NCBI GenBank assembly: GCA_013265495.1 | Contig: MU058054.1 | Coordinates: 620,001-684,000, forward strand | Source: Vicugna vicugna | Lineage: Eukaryota | Reading direction: 5' to 3' | DNA: 64,000 nucleotides | Part shown: one piece after another, positions 28,118 through 40,559 of the stretch | How the letters are laid out: every line of letters begins with the position of its first letter | Position numbering within the stretch: the stretch's first letter is position 1 | Position numbers and translations under genes: made by a program | The notes under the pieces: generated by a model | The model's database searches: none | What the model was told of the DNA's origin: nothing | What the model saw: only the letters and a program-made list of their open reading frames with translations

Positions 28118-28669
28118 CTTGGCTCGAATGCGGAAATTCTCCAGGTGTCTTTCACGTGACTCCTTCAGGAGCTTCCTCAGTCGGACCTTGTGGCAGTGTA
28201 AGAGCCAGGCGATGGCGATCACTCCTGAAGCCCACTTCTGCCGCCGGTAAAGGAGGAAGTGTTTTCTGACTCGGTAGCATTTCCACGTGGCTTGGATCTT
28301 CCTGGCAGCCTCTGTCTTTCCATCTTGGCCTTTGTACCTTTGCCCCGGCAGGTTTAACATCATCTGGATGTGAACCGGGTTCTCTAACACCGAGAGGAGG
28401 TCATGCCTGCTAAGTTTATTCTTGAGCTCAAACTCTGGTAGGAGCGCTGCCAAACTGTTCCCTTTTATTTTGACTTCTGGTATCGCGTAGTCCCTGAGAA
28501 ACCTCTGGATGTGTTCCAATAGAGAGAAAATACTTCCCCAAGACAAACTGAAATGTTCCTTGAATGCTACGAAGTCAGGGGCTGTCTTGTCTACAACTCC
28601 ATTATAAATAAAAAAGTCATGTTCCCACGGCAAATGCGGAGACTTAGACGGTGTTGTCGTTTTCAAGGT
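28118..28669 (-). CDS. IQCH: IQCH large exon (approx. exon 9), 552 nt, contains the IQ motif
   Basis: tccttccacag|ACC acceptor, AAG|gtacgc donor; ORF 28094..28666. IQ motif [19 protein letters not shown] at about 28259-28312. Confidence 0.97.
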
Positions 28670-29564
28670 CTGTGGAAGGAAAGTGTCGGCAGAGATGAAA
28701 CAGAATTGTGATTTACTGTAAATGAGTGGTCAAGACATACACTACTATGTTACCATTTATTACTGGACGGTGGGAGGATGTGGCTCCCAGTTCTGATTTA
28801 ATACGTACGTGTGATAATAGGAAAGTCTGGCTGGTATATATCGTAACACTCATTGCCAGAAGAATATCTTAGAGGTCGCCCAAAGCTTTTTATCATTCTT
28901 GTGCAAGTGTTATAAAATGGCTCAAGAAAACTGATCATAAAAAAAGTATGCATTTAGTTCACTATGATATGGTCAGCCGACCCCATAATCTCTGTGATTT
29001 ACTATTCACGCATGCGTGGATGGAAGCATGTCATTGCCTCTTTGTTCGTAAGTTTCCACCAATCCTGAAAAACAGGATGAAGCCTTCCTTTGCAGCCTCA
29101 GTGAGAACTTCAGACAAGCTCATTAAAGCTGTCCTGTCTATGCTGACCTTCTAACAGGTCATCACTATCTAGCATTTTGTTCTTCTGCCACCTTCCCTGA
29201 ATATCCAGGAGTGAGTTTTGCAAAGAGCGTTCTGTTGTGTGTTATCGCCCTTTCCCAATTTCAAGGCTTCGCTTGACATGTTCTTTCATTCTTAAATCTG
29301 GAGTCTTCTTAGGGACATATCTGAAGCTATCCCCAGGCAGGGAGGATTTGAAATCTAAAACCAAGAAACATTTGCTTTGCATTTTGTTCCTATCTGTACT
29401 GCTTGAGCTTTTGTTTTTAAGTCATGAAAATAAACTACTTTTATTTTTAAATGTCAAGAGGGGTTATCTGAGAATGGGAGGACTGGGCCGTTTTTCTTTT
29501 CCCCTTCTTTGTACTTATCTGTTTGAGAAAAAAACTGAATAAATGCTATTTAAAAAATAAAATC

Positions 29565-29812
29565 AGGGTGGGAAAGGTTAAACAGGAAGTTCGAGATTTG
29601 CAGATACTGACCGGTATATATAAAATAGATAAACAAGTTTATACTGTACAGCACAGGGAACTATATTCAATATCTTGTAGTAGCTCATGGTGAAAAAGAA
29701 TATAAGGGTGAATATATGTATATTCCTGTATGACTGAAGAATTGTGTTGCACACCAGAAATTGACACAACATTGTAAACTGACTATAACTCAATAAAAAA
29801 ATAAACAAAATA
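29565..29812 (+). mobile_element. young L1 3' end (5'-truncated)
   Basis: tacagcacagggaactatattcaatatcttgta...acacaacattgtaaactgactataactcaataaaaaa. Confidence 0.85.
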
Positions 29813-31669
29813 AGAAGAGATCTGGATAACAACAGCAATATATATCACACACACCCACCTTTAAAAAAAAAAAGAAGAAAGGTAAAGGAAATTGTGTTGT
29901 CTCACTGTCCACAGTAAAACTACTACATTTCATTATTGAAATCTGTGGCACTAGAAAAATAGACACTCTGCCCCTGAGGAATGAGGGGCATAGATGTTTC
30001 TGGTCCTGCCTTCTCAGTCAATCAGGTACCAACTTACTGTGCTGGCTACTTCTGGCTTAGGGATCTAAGGAACAGATTGCCTTCAATATGTCGACGTTTG
30101 CAGGTACATAAGTCCATCCTTACCAAATGTAGGATTATACTGCTCTCTGCATTTTGAAGAGTTTTCACAGAACTCAAAGGAAAAAAAATCCAGTTAATAC
30201 TTCAATAACTATTATTGCGCAGCACTGTGTTGAGGATTACTATGTTAGATTGTTCATGCTTCGTCTTTTCTACACAAATGTTGGCTGATGCTAATTAACA
30301 AATTCAAGGCCGAAAGCTATCTAAAAGAAAAGCAAGCCAAGAGATATATTTACGACAAAAGCATAATAAGCAAACATGAGCAAAAAAAATCTTCAAATTC
30401 TTTTTCTTTCCTTAGGTTCCAGGCAGTGGAATAATTAATTAGACTGTCATCTCAAGTAAAAATACTGAAAACCAAGTGTTAAGTCTGAAAGGGGTGATTG
30501 CCTTGGGCGTTAGAAGCAGACTTTTACAGCAGTGAGCTTTTGCGTACTTTTGAGTCGTTATAGGCATATGAATGATGGAGAAAGCCTTCTCGCCAAGACT
30601 CCAGCCCTTTCTGATCTAATCAAGGCTCCAAGAGAGAATGCCGACTGTTTGGTAGATAGAAACAAATTCCTTCTTCTTGGACGGGCAGGAGGGAGTTACA
30701 GAAGCAGTGCCTCCTTCCACAGACCTCAACCCTGGCAGGAGAAGCTGTAGAAGACAAGTGGTACAGGTTTCAACAGAAATGGCCCTTGGCTGCATTTCTG
30801 CCTTCCTTCGAGAAGGAGACGGTGGGAAGGTTAGAATTCAGAGAAGAATGGCAGGGCTTCATCAGTGAGAAACAGACACGCAAAATAATCACAGATGGAC
30901 AAGCACGGAGCTGGCTGGTCCTGCAGTCACGTGACTGGTCCTGTCAACAAGACCCCAAGACTCCTATGCGAAGCACAGCTGTGAACGGGAGGCTCGCCAG
31001 AGACTCTGGTCTCCTTGGTAACATGAACATTAAACGAGTTTTGAAATTTCTTATCTTTACAGAGAGTCATGTGGAATTAGGACCATCTATGCAAATGGAG
31101 CAACCTTGGGAGAAGTTTAGAAAGGAGAGGACTCAAGTCTCTCTTGGACGGCGCTCTTCCAGGGGGTAGGTCTAAGGCATTTACGTACATCAGCAAATAC
31201 ACTTAAGACCTTTTGAAAGAGTAGCCATGGAGTGGGAGTGGGGTTACCACGGTGAACAGTGGCTGTCTGAGAACAAAGGCGTTACACCTCCCTACCTGCT
31301 TGGATGATATTCCAGTAAAGACCTGCTCCCAAAGGAGACGCTCTTGGACATCAAACAGACCACTCAGGCACGGGAAAGCTATGGGTTTGGAGTCAGCTAA
31401 AGCATAACTGTAGTACATCTGTCACGGAGAATGCCACACTTGGGAGCACTTTAGACTTAGAGCAAGAAAAGACATGTCTCTCAAGAGAAAGGCTTCCCAA
31501 ATTAAAGCAGTGCATCAGCATTGTGAGACCCATTGAGCAGGTAAAGACAAAACTGCTTCGCAGCCTGCTAGGAACAAGGGCCCTGATTGAAGGCCACGCC
31601 ACACCTCAGGTCCTGGTTCCTTCTGCTAGCCCTCCTTTACTATTTATCTCCATGAACTTGTCCGCGATG

Positions 31670-31860
31670 ATTTGTTTCCTTTCTTCCTGCCTGCAGTCTC
31701 TTTCTTCCTTCCTACCTCCCTTCTTTCCTTCCCTCCCATTTTACCCTCCCTTCTTTTCTTTCCTCCCCCACCTCCTTCTTCCCTCCCCCCTCCCCATCCC
31801 ATCCTAAAAACATCCTCCCCCCTCCCTTCCTCCCACCCTCTCTCTCTCCCTTCTCTTTTG
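31670..31860. repeat. polypyrimidine low-complexity tract
   Basis: About 190 nt composed almost entirely of C/T on the + strand. Confidence 0.85.
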
Positions 31861-33032
31861 TGCACCATGTGCTGTACTCCCAATGCAGTGTTACACTCAG
31901 TCGCCACACTGTTCCCTCCTGGTGGGGATGGCTCTCTGTTGTGGCACCTGCATTCTCACCTGGTCCTTTCTGGGATGTGGCCACACCTTTGTGAGACGCC
32001 TGCTCTCGCCACGTGGCCCACACAGAGCCCAAACCTGTGGCCATGGCCTGATTATTAGCCTCCTGCTCTAACTTGAGTCAACCAGCTGGGAAATGCCTGT
32101 CTTCATTTGCAAAGTATAATCACTAACTAGGCACCTTTGAGAGTTTCTGGAGCAATTATTTAGGGAAACTTCTAAGTCGAAAACAAAAAAACAGGAAGAC
32201 AGGGTGATGATCACATATGTCAGTAAGTCACAGACATGAAGCCGAAAACACAGGCCCAGTATTAGCTTCTGAAATTTACCCTTAACTGCCACGAAGAAAA
32301 ATTCCAGAAAAAAGGACATATGTCTAAATCTAAACCGAATGTCTTTATGAAAAATGTTCTTTTCAAACATGTGGAGAGCATGTGGATGTAGGATTAAACT
32401 GTAGCCAAGGATCTCTAAATTGGATGTAAACAAGTTCTCCTGGTGGTAAATGGTCAAGTATTTGGGATCATCAAATGTGGATATCATCTTCAGAGAGTGA
32501 CTTGCCTAGAAGGGTAGACTAAATCACTTTCGAATCTGTAAGTTCAGTTTTGCAAACACCCAGATGTATCCATCTGCCACTGTGTGGAAAAGAGCAAGTT
32601 GCTCCTGCCATTGTGGCTCTAGACTTAGTCCAGAGTGTGAATGGAGTGATCCTCAGAGATGGAGAAGTCACTGCTCCCTGAAGACCAGGCATGCCATTTG
32701 TCTGGCCTGTTTTTTTTAATATTTCTGAAGGTCCACAATGTGTTAAACTTTGTATGGAACAGGCATCAAGACCTCAGTTTGCTAGCCTTGTTTGAAAGAT
32801 ACATACAGTATTCAGAGAAAGTAGCTGATCGGATCAAGGCTCAGGGATTCAGCATAACCACAGGCCTGAATTTTAGAGCACGAGGGATCTTGAAGGTCAC
32901 CGGCCTCGCCTTTAACTCAAATAGGATATTATGGATCCAGGGAAATGAGCCTTGGCCTTGAAGTCTGGCTAACCTGGGATCAAGTCCATACTCTGCTGCC
33001 GTGTGCTGTGTGCTCTCGGGCAACTACCCACC

Positions 33033-33377
33033 TGCTATAGACTGAATGCTGGTGTCTCCACAAGTCCCCAGGGTGACAGCATTTGGGGATGGGGCCTTTG
33101 AGAGGTAATTAGGACATGAGGAATGGAGCCCTCGTGATGAGGTTAGTGCCATTGTAAGAAGAGACAAAAAAGGTGTGATCTCTTTCTTTGCTACGTGAAG
33201 ATACAGCAAGAAAGCAGCCACTTGCGAACCAGCAAACCAGGGCTCTCACCAGAACCCAGCCACACTGGCATTCTGACCTTGGACTTGCAGCCTCCAGAAT
33301 TGTGAGAAATAGATGTTTGCTATTTAAGCCACCCAGTCTGTGGGATTTTGTTATGGCAGCCTGAGCGGACAAAGACA
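33033..33377 (+). mobile_element. MaLR solo LTR (MLT1A-like) inserted in a MIR
   Basis: gctatagactgaatg...ggggcctttgagaggtaattagg...tgtgagaaatagatgtttgctatttaagccacccagtctgtgg...ttatggcagcctgagc; MIR halves on both sides. Confidence 0.85.
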
Positions 33378-35315
33378 ACATCCTTTCTGAAACTAAATGT
33401 TTTTCATCTACAAAAATGAGAGGTCTCTGTAAAGTTGTTGTGAAGATCGTTAATACATGCGAAGAATTTTTGACTGCCTTTCCTCCAGTCCCTGTGGCTA
33501 TTACTATAGATGAGGAAACTGAGGCTCAGAGAGGTTAAGTGACTTACCCAAGGTCACACAGCTAGTTGCTGTTCCCTACCCCATCCCACCAATGCCCACA
33601 GCCCTCACTGTCCAGAACGTCCCTATAGCCCTTAACCAAGCTGTGCTCTTCTTCTCAGCCTGCCTTTTGCCATCACCTACATCAGAGTCAACCTGGCCTT
33701 GACCTGCTGATCTTTTCTTACTTGGAAAGCAATCTGTAAAACGAATCCCTATGAACATGCCAGAGAACCATGGTGTGATGGAAAAGTGATGGATCTGAAG
33801 TAAGAAAACCTGGGATCTAGGCTGTCACCACCTTTCTCTGTGGCCTTGGGAAGTCACTTCCCCCATGAGGCTTCAGCTCCCATCAGGGCGCTTCTAATTT
33901 TGACACCCTCCCTCACTCTGATGTAAAGTGGTACCTCTCCAGTAGTATCCATGTGTCACAAACTCCTGGAGCTAGTCAGGCCATCAGATCAAAGGCAAAC
34001 ATCTCCAATAGTTTCACTTCATGTACCCTGAAAAAGGCCCAGGGATCTTTTTTTTTCCTTTTCAATTTTGTTTTGGATAGGAAGCTCTTTCTAGCAACTT
34101 ACAAACCACAGTAGAGGAATAGCTGCCTGCACAAACCAGGTGTAAAGATAGTCAAGGGGAGAGAGCCTCAAAGAGTGATATTCCAGTATTTTGGGCTCCG
34201 CAAATCAACACAACTCTGCTCTGGTTTGTTATTTTATTCTTTGGCTCCTCATGCAGATCCTGATTGATTCAAACTTGTCATTCACTCAAATGTACTTGGT
34301 TAAATGATCTAGAAGGCTGTTAAGTTGAGAGCCAATAAAAGCAAACATGAGAGCAGAGGTGACAACTCCTATCCTGATATTGAAGGAAACAAACCAAAAA
34401 AAGACACCAGAAACTGTACATATGCGTATATGATACTGGATAGAGAAAATGTTCAGGTTACATTAGGAAGGCAGAGATAGACTATCTTTTAGAAAGATTT
34501 GCATGAAGAATGATTGAGATTATTTTCAAATGTCTAATCTGGGACTCTGGCAGTCATTGTAGTTCAGTTTTGGATTTGGCTCTTGTCACTTACTAGTTGG
34601 ATGCCCTTCACCTCTCTGTATCTAGGACCTCCCGGTATAATGGGAACAGCCATAGTACCTGCTGCACAGAGAGGTTGTGAAGTGAGATGCTCCCAGGAAA
34701 GTGCTAGGAACAGTGCCTGACACAGAGTAAGCACACAATGCATGTTAGCTGCTGGTAGTGGCAGTAGTAGAATTTGGAAAACCAGCCCGTGTGGAAAAGC
34801 TCATGACCTGGTATGTGGAAGGGGCCCAGACTCTGGATCCTCCGCACCAGCTGTGTGGCCTGAGGGCAATGATGGTACGGAGGTCCAGGAGCTGCTGTGA
34901 GCATTCAGTGGGTATGTGCCATGCTTAGTGCCATGTTCTAAGAACATGCTCAGTCAACATCAGCTGTTAGAAAAAGTCCAGATAAACACTGCCTTCGTTT
35001 TCTTAAAGTGCCTCCTATTTTTCAAAGTAGAAGCAAGCTCACAATTTTCTCATAGCAAGAAGTCAAGGGAGGTTAGAGGATCGAATTGCATTGATTGGTT
35101 CATCTCGGGGCAGCGTTCTGTCCAGGTCCAGCACAGTGGTGTGCAGTCACTGCTGTGACGACAGCCCTGTCTACGCCCAGCTCTGCAGGACGATGAGGAG
35201 ACCCAAGACGTGGCTCTTTTTCCTTGGAAAGGGGTGACTAAACTCCCTCTGAAATTCTTACTGATAAGATCACCGAGAGAGGGAGGTCTAGAAGACGCTC
35301 TTGAAAAGAGACTAG

Positions 35316-35470
35316 AGAGCACAGGGAACTATATTCAACAGCTTGTACTAACCTTTAATGGAAAAGAATATGAAAACGAATATATGTATGTGTGTGCATG
35401 ACTGGGACACCGTGCTGGATGTCGGAAACTGACACGTTGTAACTGACTACACTTCAATTAAAAAAAAAAA
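35316..35470 (+). mobile_element. short L1 3' end with poly(A) and probable TSD
   Basis: agcacagggaactatattcaa...ctacacttcaattaaaaaaaaaaa, flanked by agactag on both sides. Confidence 0.85.
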
Positions 35471-36275
35471 GACTAGTGAGTTACGAAACAAGCGCTTTAT
35501 TGTTCCAAAGCACTTTCACACACATTAACTCCTCTAACCCTCACAGCCACCCTAGAGAAAGGGGGTATTAGCCCCATTTCTCAGAGAAGGAAAGTGGGGT
35601 ACAGAGAATTGAAGTGATTTGCTCAAAGCTCGTCTATTGGTAAGAGGAGAATCCAGCTCTTTCTTGCTCTCTTACTAGTTGGATGCTCAGAACTTTTATT
35701 ACCCATGCGTGGCCCTATGGAATGTTCCTTGCTGGGGTGTACTTGCCATTGTGAGGACTATTTTATTTTTCCAACTTTTTGGTTACCTTGTTTCTTTTGG
35801 CCGGCTGAACTCTAAATTCCACAGCCTTACCTGTTCCATCACATGCAGTATGTGTGTGCACACGTGTATAAACACACATGCACACACCCACACACACACG
35901 CTGGAAGACAACTGAAGTTGTTTTGCAGCTTTTATTCGTTTTAAGTGTACTTTTAGAAGATGAAAGTCTTGGATTGAGGTTGAAGACTTACGTGATTCAG
36001 CCAAATTCGAGTGTTCCAGATCACATTTTTTGGACTGAAGCCTGAGAAACAATTCAGTCCCAACAGAGGGGGGGGGGGACGGGTTTTCACTCTAAATGAA
36101 CCATGTTGGTTTCGTTTTCTGAAAACATGATTCAATTTCTTTTATAAAAGGAGAGCGAAAGAACTTTTGTAATCTCCAGCTGTCAAACCCGCCTCGCATA
36201 CTTTTGCCCTGCAGCAAAAGGAAGGGACATCAGGTGACAGACCCCAAATTTCAACTAGTCATACAAATTACAGAC

Positions 36276-36314
36276 CTTCCTATCATGATATCCTCTTGAC
36301 TTTCTGCCTCTCCC
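36276..36314 (-). CDS. IQCH: IQCH 39-nt exon (approx. exon 8), phase 0->0
   Basis: cttcattgcag|GGG...AAG|gtctgt; GRGRKSRGYHDRK vs recalled human GKSRRSRGHHDRK. Confidence 0.92.
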
Positions 36315-37251
36315 CTGCAATGAAGAATGAGACACAGTTTAAATCAAAACAACTCTCACGGGCAGTTTTACAAAACAAATAGAAGGGGCAGCGTCTCCCT
36401 CCGCCCCGTCCCCCCCCCGCCCCCGCAGCTTCCCCCACTGGGCCAGCCTATTCCCTCTTTCCACGCAGGCAGGAGCTAATAATTAGAAAGACCTTTCCTA
36501 CCCCACACAGTGATGCTCTGCTTGCCAAAGGCCCTGTTTGCTTTGAAGAGTTTGACAAAGTAAATATTAAAATCAGCCATCATCAGATGCCAAGTCTCAC
36601 TTCTAGGGGACACACAGAGAAGTACTTACAAGGAAGGCTTTCTCTGTGGGGCACCACACTGCCCGGCGGTGGGGACCGATCCCAGCACCGTCCTCTGTCA
36701 TGAGGCCGGGCATATCTCAGTTTTTTCTCTTAGCCTTTTAACTTCATTGCTAGGACACTTCTCGCAGAGTAAATGGATTATTTCATTTACCGTTGAGGAG
36801 TCAATTCAGAGACGTGCCCATTCGGGACCTCGGGAAAGTCTTTAAATATTTCTGCTTCTAGCAGTAGGGGAAAGCTTTGTGAAGTCAATAGAGACGAAAT
36901 TAAAGGCAGGGTCAGCTGGCACTCAGGAAATGTCATTATTTAAAAAAAAAATTTTTTTTTGAGGTAGACCACTTACTGGATAAAACCTAGTCATGTCTGT
37001 ATTATCTGCAGATCTGTTATCTATAAAACTGTGGGGCCTGAGATACTGAACGGGGTGAGAATCAGAACAGGTGCCCTGTGTGTTCCCATTATGCACATGA
37101 GCCCCTGGCCCTTGCGCAGCCTGTTAAACAGCTGAATTTGAAACAGTCATGGCGCCGGCCAAACACTAGCCTGAAGGCCTGTCTGTCTTGGGGCTTGCCC
37201 ATTTACGTTGATTTTTTTTTTTAAACCCACGTTTTTCATGAAACACAAATA

Positions 37252-37297
37252 TTTGCCATGGCAACCGGGGTGTCACATGACATGTTGCCACATAAAC
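37252..37297. promoter_or_regulatory. RFX X-box, E-box and RFX/FOX motif cluster
   Basis: tttgccatggcaac (13/14 to GTTGCCATGGCAAC), tgtcacatgaca, gttgccacataaac within 46 nt. Motif-only evidence. Confidence 0.45.
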
Positions 37298-38144
37298 AGC
37301 TTGGAAATCTCTTAAGCGGGGGGACAGCCCACCAGTGTCGCAAATACCGTGAAAACATCCTGAGGAAGATGTAAGCATTAAAAGATGAAGTCTGGAAAGA
37401 ACAGGGAACAGTTTACTATATAGACACAGTAGGATTAACTTCTGTGCCACTCTTCAATTTCTCTTTCTTTCATTCCTTTTTTTTTTCCCAATGGGAGCAG
37501 CTGTAAACATGACCACACAGGGTAAGCCCAGAAAAAAAAAAACCACTGCCAGCTGTCTCCTTTTATGGGGAAAAGTTTCAATTATCACAAGCCTGTGGCT
37601 CACAAACATAAGCAAGCAAGCTACTGAAGAACAGCACCTCTAACCCAGGGGACGCTCCGTAAGGATGCGCATGTTGTACCGTGAGGTCCTAATGCTAGAG
37701 AATGCACGGTTCCTTTCTCTTCCGCATTAAGGATCTACGCAAAATTGGAGCGCTTGCTTTTTTATCCTCTGCTGAAAGATAAAGGAAACCTCACAACAAC
37801 ATACCTTATGCGACACAAATTTGGATCTAAAACAGTAAGTCTTTTATTCTGGACACCTGGGCCGTTGACCAGGTCGCAGTATAGACTGACCCATTTAGTT
37901 CGTCTCAAAATAATGCAACCGGACTGAATTTTTTGGAACCTACAGATATTGTCACTGTAGAGTTTACTTGCATAACTACTTCCCCATTTAAAATCAAATG
38001 CATTCCAGCAGCATAAATAAAAATAAATAGTATTTACTTCTATGTGAAAGGTACAACTATATTCTATGTGCGTAATACCAAAGATCTCACTGAATATATT
38101 GTAAATCAGAACAAATTTCCTTCATTAGTTAGGAATGTGAATAC

Positions 38145-38292
38145 CTTTGGTCTCTGTTTCTTGGGAGAGAGATTCTTCATTTCCACTGGAATCAACTGTG
38201 GTCTCTGGCGAGAGGCTGTGGATGGAGGTGGTGCAATGTTACCTCTTCCAGAAAGAGAGGCTGATTCATTGGTGATGCTACTGGGTTTGCAC
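38145..38292 (-). CDS. IQCH: IQCH coding exon (approx. exon 7), 148 nt; acceptor position uncertain
   Basis: 3' part ...PVEMKNLSPKKQRPK|gtattc matches recalled human PAEVKFFPKKQRSK. The frame is open back to ctttcaag|G (38292) with an in-frame TAA just upstream. A weaker phase-1 acceptor exists at 38260. Confidence 0.75.
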
Positions 38293-38499
38293 CTTGAAAG
38301 TTAGATGGCTCTGTCACCCAGTCACTGTTCCCTGCCAGTCATTCTTGTATCAATTCAATGAAATGTTTGTGATCATTGACTTCAAAAGGAAAGCAAAAAG
38401 CTTGGAAGGGCAACAATTCTGTCAGAATATAAGGTTAGGTCACCTTATTCAAACTTCCTATATGAAAAAGCAAATTTTTTTCCTTTTTATTTTTATTTT

Positions 38500-38795
38500 T
38501 TATTTTTGAACCAACATGGGCACATTATTATCAACCAAAGTCCACAGTTTACATTAGGTTTCACTCCTGATGCTGTACATTCTATGGACTTTGACAAATG
38601 CATAATGACGTGTAGCCACCACTAATAACATCATACAGAATAATTTCATTGCCCTAAAAATCCCTTGTGCTCCATCTGTTCATCCCTCCCTCCCTCCCTC
38701 TCCCCAAACGCCTGGAAACCACGATCTTTTTATTGTTTCTGTAGCTGTGCCTTTTCTGGCATGTTGTTTGGTTGGAATCGTACAGTTTGTAGCCT
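38500..38795 (-). mobile_element. old L1 (L1MB/MC-like) 3' end
   Basis: tattatcaaccaaagtccacagtttacattagg...gtacattctatggactttgacaaatg...ccctaaaaatcccttgtgctcc. Confidence 0.8.
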
Positions 38796-38869
38796 CAAAA
38801 AGGCAAATTTTAAAAGCAAGAACATTAGTGTGTAATCTTTGTCTTATAAAATGTTCTCCTATAAGATTT

Positions 38870-38996
38870 CTTTAAAAAAAAAGCTTGGGGGGGGTAATTG
38901 GATTTATTTATTTATTTTAATGGAGGTCCTGGGGATTGAACCCAGGACCTCCTACATGCTAAGTACACTCTGTACCACCAGAGCTATACTCTCCCC
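38870..38996 (-). mobile_element. tRNA-derived SINE (camelid Vic-1-like)
   Basis: ggggattgaacccaggacctcctacatgctaag...agagctatactctcccc is the reverse of the 20860 SINE; atttctttaaa on both flanks. Confidence 0.85.
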
Positions 38997-39768
38997 ACCA
39001 ACATTTCTTTAAATAGCTGTATTCCCAAGTTCATTTAAAAGGTAAATAAATATAACTATATAAAATGGACTATTCTATCGTGTAATTTAAAACCATGATT
39101 CTAAAGAATTTAAACGGCTTAGGGTTAAAAAAAAAACAAATGAAAAACACAAGTAAATATTATTTTTGAAATTATTTAAACCATAAGCAACAACTTTTGG
39201 AGAACACATCTGGTCCACAGGGAGGTAAGCTTACATGCTAGACGATGCCTGGAAGAGAAATCGCGTCTCTCCTGTTGCCTGGCAGCAAACTCAACTGCCT
39301 TTTACAACAGCTGAAATGCCACATCCTCAGGAGGGAAAAATCCTTACGCTACTCTTTCCAAGAACGAGAACAAATAATTTATTTAAATAGTTAATTGAGT
39401 CAAAAAACTGAGGCTTCTTTCAACTCACTTCCTTAGTCCACACCCCTTTTCTATCAGTTTTATAACAACAATCTTCGAAAAAATTGACTGATATCCATCA
39501 AAGACAGCATGTTAGTATACAATTCAGAATTGCACTTTGAGGACTCACATCTCTCACGCTGCCTCAAGTGGACCACGAGGAGTATCTTCAGCCATCTCTT
39601 ACAAAGCAGCAGGAATGCCAAAGTCTTAGCGCTAAAAGTCACCGCCACAAAAGGCAGTTGTTCTTGGTTGCCTCGGACCAATCCAGTTTCATCACCTTTG
39701 TGGTTTCAGTGATCCTCCTGGACTGTTAGACCGCCCACCACCTTCCTCAAGCCTGGCAGTTGGCTATC

Positions 39769-39967
39769 CAGTCAGCCGTGGGTTCTGCATCCGCAGATTC
39801 AACCAATTTCTATACGCGGTTGGTTGAATCTGCAAATGTGGGGCTCGAGGATACAGAGGGTCAACTGTAAGTCACCGTTTTATATAAGGGACTTGAGCAC
39901 CTGCGGATTTTGGTATCCGCCGAGGGTCCTGGAACCAATCCCTCGCAGAGAATGAGGGACGACTGTA
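39769..39967 (+). mobile_element. Tigger3-like TcMar DNA transposon remnant
   Basis: gtgggttctgcatccgcagattcaaccaa...ttttatataagggacttgagca...ggtcctggaaccaatccc...gagggacgactgta. Confidence 0.85.
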
Positions 39968-40428
39968 GTGTGTGGAGATTCCATTCGAAGCCTGCAAGTT
40001 TTTGCCTTGACTTCTGTGCTCTCCTATCCCATTATCACTTGGACTTGGCTCTCCAGCTTCTGAAGATCAGTTCATACCATACACCCAGGCTACTGTGAGT
40101 TCATATATTCACCCAGTTTTTCCTGTTATCTGCAAGCTGAGTACACGTTTTAAAACTTTCAGTTCCCTGCCGACAAGTGAGATTTATGGTTAAATTCCCA
40201 TGATGAAACAAAATAGCAGCTGAGATGTGGGCATGATTTTTAAGGGAATTCATGAAAATTTCAATGAAATTTGGTAGGATAAATTCACATGGATAATCTA
40301 CAGTTAATGGTATCTATAAAAAAATTTTTTTTTAAGTTTTTCTTAGTTACCTGCAGAAATTCTAGCACTAAATTCATCATTTCATGTAGCCTTGGATTTT
40401 ATGGGGCACGTGCATTTGAAGTACGTGC

Positions 40429-40471
40429 CTGTATTCTAAGGCACTGCCTGTATTGTGACTCAGTTTCCCTT
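40429..40471 (-). CDS. IQCH: putative 43-nt IQCH exon with GC donor, phase 1->2
   Basis: Good acceptor attttttccag|AA, encodes (E)GKLSHNTGSALEY(R), ends TACAG|gcacgt. Bridges the phase-1 end at 52911 to the phase-2 acceptor at 38292. Inferred from frame logic only. Confidence 0.5.
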
Positions 40472-40559
40472 CTGGAAAAAATCTGTATGATAAATTTTGC
40501 CAGTATCAATGTCAGGGGAAAAAAAAATCTTGTCTTTATGGAGAAACTTGTGTGCTTCT

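Noticed and set aside
30924..30937. 14-bp palindrome cagtcacgtgactg (CLEAR/USF E-box)
   Set aside because: Single isolated motif; palindromes of this length are expected a few times by chance, and there is no supporting context.
31523..32071. Several overlapping Pro-rich or Gly/Arg/Glu-rich ORFs
   Set aside because: Produced by the stop-poor polypyrimidine tract; no domain or splice support.
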